Positions 59,859-64,000 of a DNA stretch of 64,000 bases are shown here, in pieces. The notes below the pieces were generated by a model that did no database searches, was not told the origin of the DNA, and saw only the letters and a list, made by a program, of their open reading frames with translations. Source of the stretch: Amoebidium appalachense (lineage: Eukaryota; Protista; Ichthyosporea); contig CAVNZM010000006.1 of assembly GCA_963693365.1 (NCBI GenBank), forward strand, positions 4,116,267-4,180,266, given 5' to 3'. The position numbers were made by a program, and so were the translations under genes. The first letter of the stretch is position 1, and every line of letters starts with the position of its first letter.

Positions 59859-61332
59859 TCTTCTGGGCTGGCTTCTTCAGCAGCATCAGGCTGCGCTTCT
59901 GTGCTGTGTGTTGAACTTGTGCCAGCACGGCTAGATAATGAGGGTCACTTGCACCTGTCTGCTACCCAGGACGTTTTGCTTGACGCAACGTTACACTAAG
60001 GCAAGATCTCTTCCAAACCATGGAAAAAAGAAAACTAAAAACGATCTCAGGGTGAGGCTCCTCTTTGTCTGTGTTTTATCAAATTGCAAGCTCTCCCTCT
60101 CCCTCCTCTCTCCCTCTCCCCTAGAGTCCTAGAGAGATCTCCCTCTCCCACCCTCTCAACGTGGCACTTTCTTTCCCCTCCCTCCCAGAGTCCCAGTCAC
60201 TTCCTATTCTCAGACTGCTCAGTTTCTATTTTTAGTAACCTTTCTGTGCAACGTCAATTGAGCTTGGAGGAATGCGTGGGTGAGACAAATTTGCGCAAAC
60301 ATTTTATCAGCGAATTCTTCCCCATCAATCACGTTCGACTGGCTCACCAATCACACACACGGACCAATGAGATCGAGCTTCCGAATAATTTTGGCGCAAA
60401 ATTGGTTTGATGGAACGTGAAAACGTTCGTAAACGGTAAAACGTAAAACAATCAACAAGAAAACCCCCACTTCCTTGTTCTCTTCTGTGGTTACGCTGCC
60501 GATGATCATCCGTTCGATATCTGTTGGCATCCATAAGGAAATACATTCAGAAAGCTATCCTCTGCACACAAATGAATGTATTTTTGGCCGTAAGGCGAAT
60601 TCGATGACGTTTAGGGGTATTTTTCGACATCTGTTACTGCTTCTCGAGTTCAATTTGTAACGTTGGTGAGATTGCAGCATCGAAGTTCGAGTGCCATTCA
60701 AAGTGTTGCCTTCCTGTTGTCAGGTGCAGTGCAGCCTACTCGCTCGCTTTGGTAACTTATTTTCAGGAGTTCGCGAGCTTGTGCCACACATTCCTGGTCT
60801 GGCCAAATGTGAGCAAGGTTAATGCAGTGTTATTCCTGCGCGAAGCCAATGATTTTCAATTGGAGTTCCCACTGCGTTCTCCAGCCGTTCCATAGGCCAT
60901 TTCTTATATAGACAGCGACTCAATTGTTCCAACGTTGCGTGTCTCAAAATGACGGCCCTCTTTCTTGTTTGTAGGCATCGGGACATCCTTGGGAGATAGT
61001 TGCTGGACCCCACATGTTTACGGTGCATTTCAGCTCATTTGCCCAGGCCTGTTACTCATTTTGTAAGCGGTAGTGATATTAGTTTTCCATTGCCATGGTG
61101 CATTACACTAGCCCTAAATATAGTGCTGCCGTAGCCAGTAGATCACATTAGTGGTTGTCTGGATTTCAAGTGGATTTATGATCTTGCAAGGTTTTGGTTT
61201 CCGTAGCCAGGGTTCACGCAGTTTTTGACGTGCACGGGTGGGATATTAATATGGGTTTTTAGTTGCGAGATTAATGTGTCTGACCAGACACGTCATACAG
61301 CTTGACAGCCGGGTCCAGACATAGGACGTGCC

Positions 61333-62354
61333 ATGGCCGGACTGGGTGGGAAGGAGGGGTCCTCTTCTTCACTCCAGGGCTACGGGACCAAGGACGAGGG
61401 GGAAACGAGGCTTGGTATGTGTTTTCCCTGTAGCCCAGACAATCATAAGCCTATTGAGCAAATGATAATTAAGCACATTCTTGGCTACAAAGCTAGTCTA
61501 TCAAGCAAACGACTATTAAGCAGATTCCACGCTACGAATTGAATTTAATCATCAAGTAAATTCTTGTTCACAAAGCTCATCTATGGAGCAGTTCTTGGCC
61601 GTAAAGACTACTCTACACACACACCTTTATTCAGTGGTGTGCGCAGAGACTGTGTCCCTGACCTCTGCTGGCACACAGGTGCTGTGGGCAGACTCCCCTC
61701 AGCCAGCCGGCTGGCAGAACTCAACGACGTGGGTTCCAACGGCACTGGCCGTCTTTCTCAGCCAATGGTTGCACGTGGGGGATTGCTCCAGGTCTGTTTT
61801 CCGTCGAGAGCTTTTTGCTTGTTTTTTTTGTTCTTCATGGATGTGTCTTATCCCAACTCTATAGCTCTTTCTCATGTGTAGAGTTCTTGAGAAAGGTTCA
61901 TTCCGCTAGTGGTTTCAGTCATATGGCTTCTTGTTCACCCACCGGTTGACAGTCACAGTCGAATCGAACTTCCTATACCATGTGCTGCCCACCTGTGTGA
62001 GAGCCCGTTTGTTCACTCCGAAGTATTGTTCACCTATTATTGAGCCTGATTAGTAGGTGCTGTCCAATCATGGTTGTCCACCTATGTTTGCGCTGAATCG
62101 TTTTGACATGAGTTGCCGGTGTTTCTATGCTGCAGGGGGAGCTTGCCGACCTGGTTAAGGAAGGGGTGCCGGAGGGGTACGCGGCTATGAAGAACCGGCT
62201 GCTAGACCTTGACTTCCGGTCCAACAGTGCACCGCCCCGGCCCGTGAGCCCGGTCGATGACGGGGTCTTTGACCCAAAGAGTGATGGCCACCTGCGCGAG
62301 ATTGCGTCCTCGATTGAGCCTTCTGGTCCATACTATGACCAGTATTATCACCAG
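61333..62354 (+). CDS. 5' exons of a spliced gene, possibly a Pumilio/PUF-family N-terminus (incomplete)
   Basis: Phase-consistent exons 61333-61414, 61679-61791, 62136-62354; FRSNSAPP...YYDQYY recalls the RSGSAPP...Y..YY N-terminal motifs of plant/protist Pumilio proteins; PUF repeats are not in the window. Confidence 0.5.
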
Positions 62355-63649
62355 GTGTGTTTTTTTTTTTTTTTTTTTGTTTATTCTTTTGGAGAAGGGG
62401 GGGGGGGGGGGGCTTGCATGTGTGTGTGCATGTGCATGCCCGAATGTTTGTCGGTGCTCGTCTCTGTCATTCACTGGTTGTTCGAAGCACGGGGTTGGAT
62501 GAATGGATATGAATGTGCGTGCTACTAAAATATCGCGCATGTCGCCTTTGGTCTCCTTCACAGCCAAGTCTACCATAACCTTTTGTCTGCAGGCTTCAGC
62601 GTGTGTGTGGTACTGCCATAAGTTTCCTTGGTTGACAATTTTATGGCTTCTGCAAATGGCTTCAATACTCCTGTCCCGTATCCCGCCACACCAGAAACAT
62701 GTTTAGGCATCATAAGATTTCACCAGTTACAAATCATTCTGTGTGCAACGTCGTTAATCGATTTCTACTTTTTCGAAAGTAAGAAGGGATACGGTGTGCG
62801 GCCTGCAACATTAATGGGTGGGTTGAATGCAGGGGCTGGAAGGGGAGGGATCGGCCGAGGGGATGTGGAATCAGCTGCAGTGGGATGGGTCGGGATACTC
62901 CCCGTTTGACCAGCAGCAGTATCCCGAGGAGTACCAGAAAGAGGGGGTGAGTGGATACCCATATTACCGCACTGGTCTGTGATATGAAAACTTTAGAAGG
63001 AGGGTGTGTGCGTGCGTGTGTGTGCATGTGTGCATGCACTTGTGTATGTGATTAGTTTGGGCGGACCCGGGAGCCCGTGTTTTTCACGTAACAGAATCTG
63101 TGGTGGGAGGTTGAGAGGTGGGAGAGGGGGGGAGAGTAGAGTGCTGTCCTATACTAATGAGTAATGGATGTCTTTCAGATGAATGGGAACATTTGGGCAA
63201 GTGAGGCAGCTGGCCTAGGTCCTGCTGGCTATGGTGACAGCAAGCACGGGGTATGACCCCCCCCCCCCCCCCTTCCCCTTTCACATCACCAAATGTGCCT
63301 GCACACACACACACACACACACACACGGATGGGGAGGGGGCACCCGGGGGGTTGGGAGGAGGGGTGTGTGGGGAGGGGGGACGGAGGGGAGGGAGAGCCT
63401 TGAACACGGACGGGGAAAGAGAGGGAGGGATATTGAAATTTACACAGATATAGTAATCCACGAAGTCTCCAATACATGATACACACGCACCATGACTAGC
63501 TGCACTAGATGGCTTTGCCTCACATCAGGTGGTTTCGTCATGCATTTCTGCCAAACACGCACACAGTGCACAGGATACCGGACTGCCAACATATATAAGA
63601 CGCTTAAAACATACAGTGTCCCCCCCCCCCCCCCCCCCCCCCCTCCCCC

Positions 63650-63882
63650 CAAGACGGGTTGACCCTCCCAAGTTCAGTTGATGCTGCTGTCTGAGTTGGA
63701 GAGTCGTATATACGCGAGCTAAGGGGTCGAAACTCAGACGCAATTGATGACTTGGGCCCACCCTGAGGATGGGCTCTGCTTATGACGCATACTGTGCGCA
63801 TGGCTGATGTTGCATACTTGAATGTTTGCCTTTGCATGTGTCCTTCGTGTATGCGTACTTCGTACCGTGTTCCGCATTCAAA
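63650..63882 (+). repeat. Copy C of the structured repeat (D subfamily)
   Basis: Near-identical to the reverse complement of 55311-55558; flanked by poly-C on both sides. Confidence 0.8.
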
Positions 63883-64000
63883 CCCCCCCCCCCCCCCCCC
63901 CCCCCCCTCCTCCCCCCCCCCCGGCCTGGGGTCTCCGGCCTCGGGGTCTCCGGCCTCGGCCTCCTCTCTCCGTGCTTTTCTGCCTGCTTCGTTCCATCTG

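Noticed and set aside
63660-63730. HDV-like ribozyme (GG-P4-GCUAA-P2')
   Set aside because: The would-be catalytic C is U in other copies (GUUAA), and there is no P3/L3 motif or upstream P1.
63745-63770. Box C/D snoRNA (UGAUGA...CUGA)
   Set aside because: The boxes are too close, UGAUGA is absent in the B/E subfamily, and copies behave like a dispersed truncated repeat.

Overview
Eukaryotic, intron-rich genomic DNA saturated with (CA)n, (GA)n and poly-C/poly-G tracts; the gene set fits an opisthokont, possibly a unicellular holozoan (inference only). Most ORF-track entries are microsatellite artefacts. Spliced genes assembled by hand: a GT49 (LARGE/B4GAT1-like) glycosyltransferase (+, ~4.7-20.2 kb), an endonuclease IV/APN1 gene (+, 36.8-46.7 kb), an RNF25-like RWD-RING E3 ligase (-, 50.4-59.9 kb) and the 5' part of a possible Pumilio-type gene (+, from ~61.3 kb). 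There is also an intronless orphan ORF and an intact two-ORF APE/RT non-LTR retrotransposon (-, 25.5-30.1 kb). The most interesting signal is a dispersed, often tandem family of ~275-nt intronic elements, always sense to the host gene. Its copies share a covarying RNA secondary structure and carry all three hammerhead-ribozyme core strands (GUH, CGAAAC, CUGANGA) in a non-canonical order, suggesting a retrozyme-like system with a pseudoknotted or trans-assembled hammerhead. Also notable are a 21-copy array of a splice acceptor plus exon start inside APN1 and a long-range complementarity between the LINE 3' UTR and its ORF2 start.
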